From Haliotis cracherodii (lineage: Eukaryota): a DNA stretch of 64,000 nt. Below, in pieces: positions 51,930 through 64,000 of this stretch. Positions within the stretch are counted from its first letter, which is position 1. The number at the start of each line of letters is the position of its first letter. Location of the stretch: contig NW_027266266.1 of NCBI RefSeq assembly GCF_022045235.1, positions 1,674,001 through 1,738,000 on the forward strand, written 5' to 3'. Made by a program: the position numbers and the translations under genes. The notes beneath the pieces are model-generated. The model was not told the origin of the DNA. It did no database searches and saw only the letters and a program-made list of their open reading frames with translations.

Positions 51930-53916
51930 TGACAATACTGCATGGAAAAAGCAAGCCTTGCAATAAACGTCATCCAATGGGTAACAGGTACAATGTTCAT
52001 TTTGACAGCATGATAAGCATCTGTGTACATACTGGCATTCTGGTAAACGGAATTTATGTTCGGATTGGCAAAGTAAAATGAATTTGGCCAAGGTGTTATA
52101 TCAATAACCATCATCTTTAGATCTATGTGTGAAGCCGATTTCCCGTTATATTGCTGGAATATTGCTAAAAGCGGCGGAAAACCATACTCACTCACTCACT
52201 CACTTTAGATCTATGCATACAGATTCAGTGACAAAACACTCTCCACAAGACTATAAGACAAGAGGAATGACTTCAACTTTCCTGCTTTTTGTGTCTGCAT
52301 TTCACAACTTTTGAGGTATAATATATCGCGAACACCTGGTATCATCACTATTTGATAGCGATTCATAAATGCAAACATACATATGCCGATTTCTTATGAA
52401 CATGGAAACGGTTTTCTTTCTTTTATTATCATGTGAACAATTGACTTGCACTTACATAAGTTTGTGACGGAAGCCCCCGATGGGGCAGGATACGCTAACA
52501 CTCAGTCTCATCAAAATTTGATAGCTATTCATAAACACATGCCCATAACAGCCGGAATCGTACCTTCAACTCTGATTTTAACAGCGACTTCTTGTGGCTA
52601 TGGAAAGGGACATTTCCCTTTTAGTAATTCCAATTTAGTATTCACGAGTGTGGCGTTAGGCCTAAAACAAAAAAAACCTACATTGTTTTAGGAAACGTTT
52701 ATGAGTAGCGGGACATGCTCACCTTTTTTCGCGAATCGAAATCATCCATTCGTTAATTAGAATTTTCACCACTATTTTGCCTTTCAATCCCAATGGACTT
52801 TGGTCAGATAATCGCGACTCGTTATTCTCAAGCGTTGACGTTTTATATGCGTTAAGGGATAACTTTCAACATGAATCTTTCACTTGTGGGAAGTATTGAA
52901 ATAGATTACAAACAACCTCTTGTTTTGTACCGTGTCCGTGTCTGCATAAACAACACAAATTGTTATGTATGTTTATGGACGCTCTTATCATACATTTTCG
53001 TTCACTTGATAATGATATGCTAGTATTTCACACAGAAAATAAACTTGGTTGATTTATTGAACTGTCAATAAGAAGACTACTCCTTTCCGTTCTTGTGTTT
53101 AGTTTACCGTTAACAAATTACGTTATCCAAAACATAACCATCTGTCTCCCAAAAAACTGACTAACGGTAATGTTAGCTAAATAAGCCAGCATGTTGCATA
53201 CTCTATTAGACAAGAGTTTCCGAATGTGCATTTATCCCATTACCATAAGGATTCCAACGATACCTTCAGCTGATATATTGTTCGGACTTTTCATAATGAG
53301 TTATTTAGTTTTGTTATTGAGACATGCAATTGGCACATGGAAAAAAACAATAACATTTGAAGTCATTGTTGTATAGCATAACGTCGTCACAAAGAGCATG
53401 AGCATGTGTATCATGTAGTGTACTACAGCACTGCAGCTGTAATTACACCATAGCATGATGTGTTTCCTGTCATGGTCTCATCTTCTGATACTCATTCATC
53501 AATAATTAAACACAGATAATATCAACATTTCATCATGCATCAGTTACACATCTTTATTTAACATACAAAACAAAAACGAATGGCAGTGTTTTCCACATAA
53601 AATAAAATGAAGGACCAAACATTTAATACATGGTATGGATATTTTCGGAGGTATAAACATAAGTTATTTAGCCTCAGCTCGTACGGGTTGGATAAAATGC
53701 ATTTTCAACTGATACCTCTGAGTGATTGAGTGGGAATGGATTTTCGCCCTTTTCAGCTATATTCCAACACCATCACAGCTGGAGACACCCCGTACGGGGC
53801 GACTGATGATTAGGTCACACTTTACACGAGTGGGATATTTATCTTTTAAACAACTGTGATGTTTGGTAACATTTGTTCAGAAACATTCGAGTAGGTGTTA
53901 GGTCCTGGTAGATGAG

Positions 53917-53923
53917 TATATAT
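53917..53923 (+). promoter_or_regulatory. Putative TATA box of paralog 3
   Basis: TATATAT 40 nt upstream of ATG 53957 in the conserved promoter block. Confidence 0.55.
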
Positions 53924-53956
53924 GTCTCCCCTCTCTACCTTCACTGTCGATGTGGA

Positions 53957-56900
53957 ATGAAGACAATGATGATGCTGCATACAACGTTCATTCTCCTCCT
54001 CAGCCTGGGACTTGGTGCAGGTAACTATAGTTTCAATTATCTTTACAAATGATCATAATGTGTGTATTGATGTTAACTTCTTAGCGAGTAGTTGTAAGCA
54101 GGATGGGTGTGTTATTTGTAGCTTCGAGCTTTTCGTCTTGCAGTCCTCAACAACAAACCTTGCACTTCAAACATTACTTATAAGCAAGTTGTACTCAGTT
54201 TTCAACTATTGAGGTCACTATTCAACTGTCCACCCAGTTTGGTACTTGTTTTATAAATCAGACACGTTATCTCTGGCGTTCGGAACTAGATATATAGTTT
54301 TTATTCATCTGCACACTCTCTATGAAGTTGAACCCATGGGCTATTTGAGGGACATTTTGTCCGTTGTTGAACGCCACATTCAACAATATTCCAGTTGTAT
54401 GATGGCGGTCGATAAAATATCGAGTGTGGACACACGACTGAACCACGATCAACGGCGCAAGGGTACGATAACACGCAATCAACCAAGTTGACCACTGACC
54501 ACTCCTTTCATTCAGTCGCCACTTACAACTATCTGAGGTTGCCTGGACCTGGAAGTTCTAAAGGAGCTGTCCATATGGAGATGACCAACACAGACAAGTA
54601 TATGGACACGTTAAATAACTAGCTGAATGGGACATTCTTATCTTTGTTAAGATTCAAGTGTTCCGTTGTTTTAAAAAAATGGATATGTTTTGCAGAAGAT
54701 ATATTGTACCCATGTTTCTAGCATTCATTCATGAAAATAATGAAAAGGGAAAACTTAAAAACACATGACGTGGCTACTTTGCTTTGTGTTTTGGAGGTGC
54801 TTCCGTGAAGAAAAACAAGACTGATGTCATCACTCCGTGCTCGGCTTCCCCGAACAGGCAGTTCTTGCATGAGCTGAGGTCGCTGCTAAGCCTCTATCTG
54901 GGGGAGAAGGTTCCTGAGCCAGTGACCTCCACTCCACAAAGTAGGAACTCGGGTAATCATGCCTTTGTGTTTCTGTGTATGTTTAGTCTTTGATGGCCGA
55001 AGGTATATATCAGATGGTGATTTTAATACTCGATGATTGCTTTCAATTCTTGAAAATTATGTTGCCGACGTCTGTATTCAACCGTTTACACTATCTCATG
55101 TACTTTGAATAATACAGCAAAAACTGCAAAAAGTATCAAACTGCATGTCTCTCCCCACCATGTATTTATTTGTCTGTACTGGAATCTATGTTTTTTCAGG
55201 TGGAGGAGCTGTGTTCACTCGGTGGGGAAAGACAACATGTCCAACAGGAAATGATGTCATGTATAAAGGTAAAGCATTTCGAGAGATACTTTTTCGGAGC
55301 GTCAAAAGTTAGTAAATAGTTTTGGTTTTTTTTCAAAAGCGGGTCATAGCTGGGTTTTAAACATTGTCAGGGTGTCAGTTGAATCAAAGGAAACTTATTA
55401 AATGGTAGAATATCTCATCTCTTCAGTAAGGCTCTGCTTTGCCTTCCTTCGTTAGGACATATAAAATTAACTTGAAAAGGACAATATCAAATATACTCCA
55501 TTTCATGTATGAACAATCATGAATGTACTGTTTTCGATCAATATTTATCGGTATATAAATCACATATAAGATATGTATTTTGGATAGCTAACGCTGCTGT
55601 GCATTCGATTCCAAATTTAATCTTGCTCTACACTGGAAACACAGTATGTTTATCTCCATTCTTATATCAAAAGCAAACTCTTTGGCGTCAGCAATGTTAT
55701 TTATTAGGTGAGATCAGGGGAGGTTTCACGTTGTGTTCAAGATGATTGCACTTGTATAGCGACATGAAGACACACATTCTGTGTGTGGCTGCTTGTGTGA
55801 GTTCTGACTGATGCCAGTTGCATATTGTTAGCCTACTGAGATACCATGCTTCATGCATACCTCACTTAGACGCATATAATGCCGGCCAGTACTTGTTTTA
55901 TCCCCTTTTAAGCTCATTCTATGAAGTTTTCGAAGAGCATCAGAGAAAGCAGAATGTAAAGTTGATGAAATGACAATAAGGTTACGCTACATCAAACCAT
56001 GCATATTTCCAAAACATCCATGATTAATACTGATCATCACGCATGCATATCTGATACTTCAGTAAACATGCAATGCCCAAGGTAATAGCCCAGCATTATG
56101 TTCCGGAAGCATGTCCACATTTCTGGTTTCAGCACTCTCTGCTGGCAAACATTTTCCCATTGTCTCGTGATATTTTTCGTTCGGAGGATCACGTGGCCAC
56201 GTGTATCACGCTGAGAATAATATTTGCATTTGCTTATAAACGTATGTTGTACTTGGTTTAAATGATGTACACTCGCCTGTTGCTGTGAGATTTTACATAA
56301 TTTTTCCATATGAGATATCAACGTACTTTGTACATGGTCTACATTCGCGGTTGCTGGTAGAAATGGACATGCGTACCCTCTTTGCGAACATCAATACTTT
56401 TCAGTTATCCATTTACATAATTTCAGATGAAAAATGATAAATAGAATTCACCTCTTGCCTTGCCAAAGACTCGGCAAATTGATTAACTTAGACTTATCAA
56501 TGCATTAACAATATGTTGAGCACAAATATTCTCTAAATTATTTGGTTTTCAGGCAACTATTTGATTTGACTAAAACACAAGTAAATGCTTGTCCCTTTCA
56601 ATCTCCCAGGTTATGCAGGAGGAAGCCATTACCAGGCCAAGGGTGGACCAGGGACAACTCTGTGCCTTCCTGACTCTCCTATCTACGCAAGGCATACTAC
56701 AGCAGACACTTACAGTCATCTCTATGGGACTGAGTATCAAACTGATCATGAAACTGGACCTCTGCACAACATGTTTCAACACGATGTCCCTTGTGTGGTG
56801 TGCCGCAGTCGTCACAGGAGGAGTGCTGTCATGGTCCCTGCCAGGAATGAGTGCTTCCCTGAGTGGCATCTGGAATACAAGGGCTACCTCTTCGGGGGTT

Positions 56901-57082
56901 CCACTGAACACACAGGTTCAAGTGATTACGTGTGTGTAGATGAAGATCCAGAATCCATAAATGGAGGCCATGCAAACAAAAACGGACATCTCCTGTACCT
57001 GGTCGAGTCTATCTGTGGTGCCCTGCCATGTCCACCATATGTTAATGGATGGGAGATGTCCTGTGCTGTTTGTACAAAATAA
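53957..57082 (+). CDS. Paralog 3: secreted short-chain collagen C4-like protein, 253 aa, 4 exons
   Basis: Exons 53957-54020, 54797-54952, 55200-55268, 56610-57082; phase-1 introns; 762 nt in frame. MKTMMMLHTTFILLLSLGLGAG...; the exon 2 acceptor is GAG rather than TAG. Confidence 0.87.
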
Positions 57083-57186
57083 AACACTCCATATTGTCCA
57101 AACTATCTGTCAAATATGTACATTAACTGTTTCTTACATACATCCGATAAACACATTCAGCTTTCTAATGATATCCACTTAAAACT

Positions 57187-57299
57187 GTGAAGATCCGGGA
57201 TAGAATAGGTCTTCAGCAACCCATCCTTATCATGACAGGCGACTATGCTTGTCGTAAGAGGCGACTTAAGGCGTTAAACAACAAACAAACCAAACAAAC
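57187..57299 (+). mobile_element. SINE family C fragment, 3' of paralog 3
   Basis: Same site as 26272-26380. Confidence 0.75.
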
Positions 57300-57909
57300 A
57301 CACCGTTTAAAACTGTATATGTAAGTTTATTGAGGTGCATGAAGAACAAATGATAGCATTTGGTTGTCTCATTATGTAAGGACAGACTGACCACGTTGAC
57401 CAGTCAGTTTAGGTATTGTTGGCTGAAGGTAATAGCTGAAAACTTATCGTCAATCCATAGAGAATACTACACTATTCTCGTTTGATACCATTTTAATAAA
57501 ACGAGTGGACTTTCGAGGGTATCTGACAGCAAGGTCAAATACCAGAGAATGTTCACGAGTGAATATTGACATATGCCCAAATATGAGCATTGTTGACATT
57601 TCTATGCATATGCATTAACAATGTGCTCCTAATTTCTGATTCCTGAATTTCTTCAACTTTTGGTAATTCAAGTTCATTGTTGTTAGTACGCAGCAAACCT
57701 TCATTTCACTACGTCTAACCTTTTAAGTTAAATCAAATTGAAAGTCGCGAAAGTGGTCGGATACGTCACGCTCATTGGGACCCTCGACAGAGGTCACGGT
57801 TATCCAGTCAAAATGAATGAAACGAGGTTCACCTTGTACGACACACGTGTGTCGTACGGATTGAGTATCTTGAAACCTGTTTTCTTCACCACGTGGGTAA
57901 TTAAGTGCT

Positions 57910-58050
57910 TGACATCATGAGCATTGATCCATGCCATTGGGATACGATGACATGCATCAACCAAATCAGCGAGCCTGACCACCCGATCAAAGTTGCCTCT
58001 TACGACAAGCATAGTCGCCTTTTATGACAAGCATGGAAGACCCATCCTAT
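57910..58050 (-). mobile_element. SINE family C fragment
   Basis: Paralog of 291-448. Confidence 0.7.
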
Positions 58051-58249
58051 ATCGCCACTGATGAGCTTCTGGTCAGTGTCATTACACAAGGTATTTAACA
58101 TGTATGGTTTCCTAATTGATAAAGGGCCAACATTGCAGCTTATCATCTAAATCAATCAATCAAATAATGGTTTATTGAATGAAGTGCCATCGGCCCAAAG
58201 ACACGCAAGTTACATTGACATGTCGTTAGATTAACAAATACTGCAGTAT

Positions 58250-59502
58250 TGTAACCGATTTTAGGCAACATCAAAGGTCCAAGACACTCGTTACGGGGTG
58301 AGAACGTTTTATTCCGATCAATTAACACACCCTGAAACAATATATCATTCAATAAATACAGCGTCATACAATATACTTGAGGCTTAAAAACAGTCCATTA
58401 CACAAATTAGGTGAAACATAAATGACAGATCGTATGACAATACAACAAGGGGAGATAACTCCTTGATTAACTCATATCTTCAAAATATCTTCAAATTAAA
58501 TATATATGACACAGACGTCTTAATGCAATACGCTTATCAAATGGAATGGATGTGATACTAAGTATCACATAAACATACGAGAATGCAAAATAACATAGTT
58601 CCTACCCGGTGTATGGCACTAGGGTGCACACGACGTTCACCAAGCTCCGCCGAGCCAGATATACCAAGCGTACCTAAAATCCGTGTAAACAGTGTACAAC
58701 ATTAATTCTACAGTAACTACAAACCAACATTTCTATTATCATTACAAACACATGGAACACATCAAAACAACTTAGGCTAAAATCACATTCGTACTTGCGT
58801 ACATTCACATATACACTATTCTTCAATCAAACACTCAAACATGCAAAAATTCACTCATAGGGAAAATATAATTACCTGAATGAATTATATGAGTTATTTG
58901 ATAGTTTTTTGTATTAATTCTAAACTCCGAAATGCACTAAAACCTGACTAAAGTGTTATTTACATTTAGGTTAGATTTAGCATTATTAAGGTTGAATTTA
59001 CTGGTTTTATTTATACCCATACAATACAAAATATAACATATAAAGTGTACACACTCATAAACCAATGTAAAAGATTAAACTAACCTGTGAGGTATTTGCA
59101 TCTGTTTATGACTCCATTACAATCCTGATGGTGCAAAGGGTGAATATGAAGTGCAGATTTGAATTAGGAAAGAGGGCAAGAGTTTGAATGATCCAATCGG
59201 TGTTCATTAAATCAGGCCACGTAATAATGTGGTAGCCCTACCTATCTACCCTTAATCATATTAGAATGAAACTAACTATAGAGCTAATAATAGAACCAAC
59301 CTTCTGTGTCCTTATGATTATAGTCTGTATAAAAAATGACCAAACCTTTTGATAGAAAAAATACATTCATTAGTTAAAATCGGAAATAATATACCTGCAA
59401 TTCTTAAAGCAATTGTCATTATACAAATATCAAGAGAACGCTTAAATGACTTAAAACTTACATTTACATAACTATATAATACAATAATATGTATCTGCCA
59501 CG
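58250..59502 (-). mobile_element. Probable solo LTR (1253 bp)
   Basis: 4-bp TSD GTAT (58246-58249, 59503-59506); TGTAAC...CCACG ends (CA>CG); empty site agtat|actgagtatcaagac at about 27540 and 43435; minus-strand AATAAA at about 58307. Confidence 0.75.
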
Positions 59503-60269
59503 GTATACTGAGTATCAAGACAACTGACGACAGACAAAAGCATGATGAAAGATACTTGTAGCTGTAAGTTATTTTCTGTTTTTGACAGCAGACAGGTTCA
59601 GTTTCTCAGCATGCTATGACACCATGTTTCATTGATTACACAAGTACCTCAAAGTGACACTTAATGAAGTGTGTTCATTGTTCTCTTGCCCAAAATAAAG
59701 ATACATTCTAAATGTTTATGTGTGGTCTAAACTCTGGAGATTAAATGACAAAACTACAGATTCTTTACAAGTCTGTGTTAATAAAAACTTTTTTTTCTAA
59801 AATAGTTTGGATGTTAATTATATATCTTGTCGGTAGTTACAAACCTTTACAAAATCCTTCAACTGATGTGAAATAAATTGTTTCATAACACAAGAGACAT
59901 AATGTACTCATGACATGGATTCAAAACTATGAATAGCTGCAAACTGTGAGCATTATAGAAATTAACTATTGAATCGACAGCAGCACTGATTGTGTAAACG
60001 AGTTATTTTACGACGCTTTAAACAATACCCAATCCAAATGTCTGTCGAAAATATCACAATTACGTAGCAGAGCCAAACTGTGAGTGGAACTCACAGGTAG
60101 ATTCAGTCATCATATGCTCAAAAACAGTAATATGCCTGATGTGTAGGTAAAGTATGTCCTTTGTAAACACACCATATCTGTGACACGTGGAACTGCTATG
60201 AAGGGAAGTGCTATTGTTATCAGTGGCTTATTTCATCATTAATACGTTACTCGTTACCATGAATTCATA

Positions 60270-60450
60270 CGGCTACTATCTTCCAGCTGCTGAGGTGCAG
60301 CTATGTTTATGGTAGTGAAGACCAATTTCATCTTATCTTGTTCTTCCTTTGTTTAAATTGTTTGACCCGGATGTCCCATTTACCGTCACAGGTGGAGTGT
60401 GTCCTGGTCGGTGCCAGGAGCGAGTGCTTTCCTGGATATTATTCTGGAAC
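60270..60450 (+). pseudogene. Copy of the exon-4 relic
   Basis: Reads CSYVYGSEDQF...DVP...GARSECFPG; paralogous to 44345-44535. Confidence 0.65.
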
Positions 60451-60944
60451 ATTGTCTCTGTTGTAGCTGGTGCACACAATAGATACTGTTCTTTTCACAG
60501 TGGATGTCTGAACACAGAAATGTATAATGAACACACCTTGTAATACAAAAAGTTAAACAAAATACAGAAGTTCACTGATGTTAAGTAAGGTTGGGTACTC
60601 GTTTGCTAAAATGGTTCCTCATTATAGTGCCATATATGTTGTGCCATTTTTACTTAAAAGCAAGTAACGTACTCGCTGATTCTATAATTAGGAGACCCAG
60701 TCTAAAAGGCAAGAGCCCTATTGTAATGGTTCTGTTTGTCATTTATTAATATTTATTATTCCGCCATTCTCTTGTGCAAGATATAACTGAACAACCAGTG
60801 GACAGAATCTCTTCCCCAAAATCATCAGCATCTGGACTCATGTGAAGTAGATAACGCTAAGACTCAAATGCTCTAGGCCCAATGTCCAGTGGCAGATAAT
60901 TCAAAATTAATCAACTAAGAGCAACTCTCACAGAAACCGATAGT

Positions 60945-61868
60945 TTGATGGCTTTTAAAGCTGGCATGCGGCAGCAGCATCAGATGCTAATCAATTTCGC
61001 CTCGACGTCCCATGTCGCCAATGACATGGTGTGGCAGCCGTATTGGATTGAAGATTGCAGCAGTGTTCTCAGTACCTGTCTGACAAAATCCTCTCGTCGG
61101 TATCTATCCGAGCATCAGCAGCTTCTACATTTTGCTTACTTCCACGTCACAAACGGTCTTTTAGAATTCTAAGATATGTCCATTGGTGGCCGCCATATTG
61201 AATACTACTTCTGTCCGAATGTAACTGGCAAAACATTTTTGTGTGCCTTGTGTGTCTTTTTTAAAACTCATTATGTAAAGTTTGTTTTTTAATTCGTATC
61301 TTGATTGTTCAACGGAAATAATTGTGCAATGTAGCAGCATGTTGAACATTTTGTGTTCTTGGATGAGCCGTATTGGATTCTAGAAGTTTCTATTTAGGCT
61401 ACTTTGCAAGAGACGTTTCTGCGGAGTTTCATTTAAGAAATCATTGCAAATATGCATGACACATTATCGATAGACGCTGAAGGTCTTAGTTATTTGTCAA
61501 AAGTAAGGATTGAAAACTGTCTGAAAAAAATAATTCCACAAACTTGCATGAAGCATCATGCATATCAGACGATATCGGTCCAACAGCTTCCAAAATCTGG
61601 CATGTGACACCGTTGTGAGATGCTTATCAATTTATACTGTAGTGCCACGGTGATGAGGCTTCAAATACCACAGTATAAAGGAATTGTTTGACTGTTGACC
61701 AGTTCACGCATCAATGTAAAGGCAGCAAAAGGTGTTTTGTAACGTATTTTATTAAGACGAAGCATGAATAAAATATGGGAAATACGCCAATTATCTACCT
61801 TTGTATCAAACGAGAATCTGTTGTAAAATAATAGAATAACCTTGGTAATGTTTCTATTCATTTTTTAA
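60945..61868. mobile_element. Unclassified copy-specific insertion (about 0.92 kb), probably a non-autonomous DNA element
   Basis: Interrupts cagaaaccaatagt|ccatt, which is continuous at about 7721-7740 and 45151-45170; contains repeated gccrtattg motifs; no clear TIR. Confidence 0.5.
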
Positions 61869-63315
61869 AGTCCATTAGAGAAAACACATTTTTTTGTTAA
61901 AGAGAGAGTGACAAAATAAATACATGTAACGGGAATTACTATGACCTTTGTCCATTATTTACCATATTTTTCAATCTTGCTGACTGTACTTAATGGATGT
62001 GTTCCTTTGGTTTAAGGTCACACGTGTCTTCTACATCTAGCTTTGCAATAAATTGACCTAAAGTTACAGTAAATTCAGTTGAAAAGTGATAGGCAGGCAT
62101 CCTTTATTTCAAGTACAAATCGCTAAGTTTCAAGGTAAACTACAGCCATAATACTTTTTTCTTTAAAGTCCTAACATGTAGTAAGCATCTGTATCCGAAG
62201 CAACAGATGAGACATATTCCAAACCGGAAGTACTCAACTCATGAGAATTCCGTTTTTAAGTTCTCGGTAAATAAGGAAATATTTTCGAAATCAGAAGTGA
62301 TATAATCCAAACTAGAAGTGCCAACAGCGAGAAAACACCTTTGGCCTTCAGATTTAAAGTGTTAATGCCGTAAGAAAGTATTATCTGAATCGGGAAGTTA
62401 GACAATTCAAAAACTGATAGTTTTCTTGTAAAACGAGCTATGAGCATGGAACTTTATTTATAAATGACACAGTACAAAGACAGAAAGTACTCATACTTTT
62501 GTTATAAACTGAGCTAGAACTATTTGGCTTTGTGATGCTCAAGGTGTTCAGTTTGTATACCTATTTGTTTTGGAAACCAGAAGTAATTATTTCTTTGAAC
62601 AAACTGGAGGAACATGAGCTTACAGAATACTTTGTACTTGGTCTAACTGATTTACACACGCGGTCGCTGTGTGATTTTACGTCTCATCAAGAGAGGTTGG
62701 CAAGAATATTTATTTTATGAATCAAAAGAAATTTAAAAGTCAACGCCAGAGAGGAATCAGTCTCGATTATCTTCCAAAACAAATTCCACAGGACGTGAAA
62801 TGAGAAATAGTGGTAAAATTAAATAAATAGATCACTGGAAATTACTTCTCTACGGAGCTGTTTTATCTTTTCCATACATTTGTAAGTATCAACATGCTAC
62901 ATCATTTCCGAGGGTTGATCAGTGTCCACAGAAAGTCATTTTGCTTGTATCTTCAAGCAACACATAACCCAAATTGGACTTTAATGTTGGAACTCAACAA
63001 GAATAAAAAAAAGATTTCAGATTTATGCACAAAGAATCAGAGTGACAAAACTATGCCCAAAACTGTACGACAAGACGGATTACTTCCAATAGTCAAAATT
63101 TCACAAGTTTTAAGGTACAATTGAGCATGTACTTTCTACGAATATTTCAAAAAGCGTCATACAAGTCTTGCTAAAAAATTCTTGGATCAAGGTGACAAGA
63201 TTCAAGGCCTTAGAAAAGCTCTCTGAATGTATTATCGTACATGAATATGGAAATGTATTTGTCGCAATTATCGGTGCAACGTGCATTGATCTTTATTGTT
63301 AAAAGGATGTCTAAT

Positions 63316-63560
63316 GGGGTATATGTGATTTGTAGCTTCCACAATAACCACTGTAACATTGCACAGCAATTCCATGTTATCACGTATCTAAGAATGTAAA
63401 CATGATTTGTGGATACCGCAATAACCACTGTAACATCGCGCAGTAATTCCATGTTATCGCCTGTCTGAGAGTGTAAACAGAATTTTTAGCTTCCACAATA
63501 TCCACCGTAACATCACACAGTTATCACCTGTCCAAAAGGGTACAGGTCATTTGTAGCTTA
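63316..63560 (+). repeat. 77-bp tandem repeat (about 3 units)
   Basis: Closest to 29000-29208. Confidence 0.8.
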
Positions 63561-63627
63561 GCTCAGTCGGGATAATCGTCTACACAAGGGGAAATATGGG
63601 ATTTACCGTCCCAATATTCGTCTGTTA

Positions 63628-63870
63628 TCATGACCGACTGTCCGACATTTGTGTGTTCATACCCGACTGCCCCGTCATTGGTGTGTTCATGCCCGACTGA
63701 CCTGACATTGGTGTGATCATGTCCGACTGTACTGACATTGGTGAGCTTATGACCGACTGTCCCGACATTGCTGTGCTCATGCCCGACTGACCTGACATTT
63801 GTGTGTTCATAACCGACTGACCTGTCATTGGTGTGTTCATGCCTGACTGCCCTGACATTGGTGTGTTCAA
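63628..63870. repeat. 30-bp minisatellite variant, paralog of 29330-29660
   Basis: Same flanks (ctcagtcgggataatcg...; aagcatgt.cc.gagaaagtagt). Confidence 0.88.
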
Positions 63871-64000
63871 GCATGTGCCTGAGAAAGTAGTACAACATTA
63901 TGTTTGTGACGTCGTAATGACCTTAAGGTCATAGTCAGTGACAATAGCGTCAGGCGAAAATGCATTGCTGTGTGAGTCCACAAATACACAGAGAACTACA

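Overview
Eukaryotic, AT-rich, intron-containing genomic DNA. The SINE repertoire and gene family suggest a mollusc, possibly abalone-like (inference). The window is a slice of a tandem segmental-duplication array with a unit of about 17-18 kb. It holds three 4-exon, + strand paralogs (19420-26160, 37413-42631, 53957-57082) encoding secreted proteins of about 250 aa: signal peptide, short helix/linker, and a Cys-rich 'short-chain collagen C4-like' (spongin/collagen IV NC1-related) domain with no Gly-X-Y triplets. The paralogs are sequence mosaics with variable patches, and each carries a different potentially expression-weakening change. The spacers carry a degraded relic of an older paralog, an ordered 77-bp/30-bp/33-bp minisatellite cassette and shared SINEs. 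Copy-specific insertions are a decayed Ty3/Gypsy provirus (1764-7212), two solo LTRs (12451-13800, with a covarying hairpin array; 58250-59502), a Penelope-like fragment (31167-32424) and unclassified inserts. The long ORFs in the track at 9.6-15.7, 32-33.5 and 47-50 kb are minisatellite artefacts.
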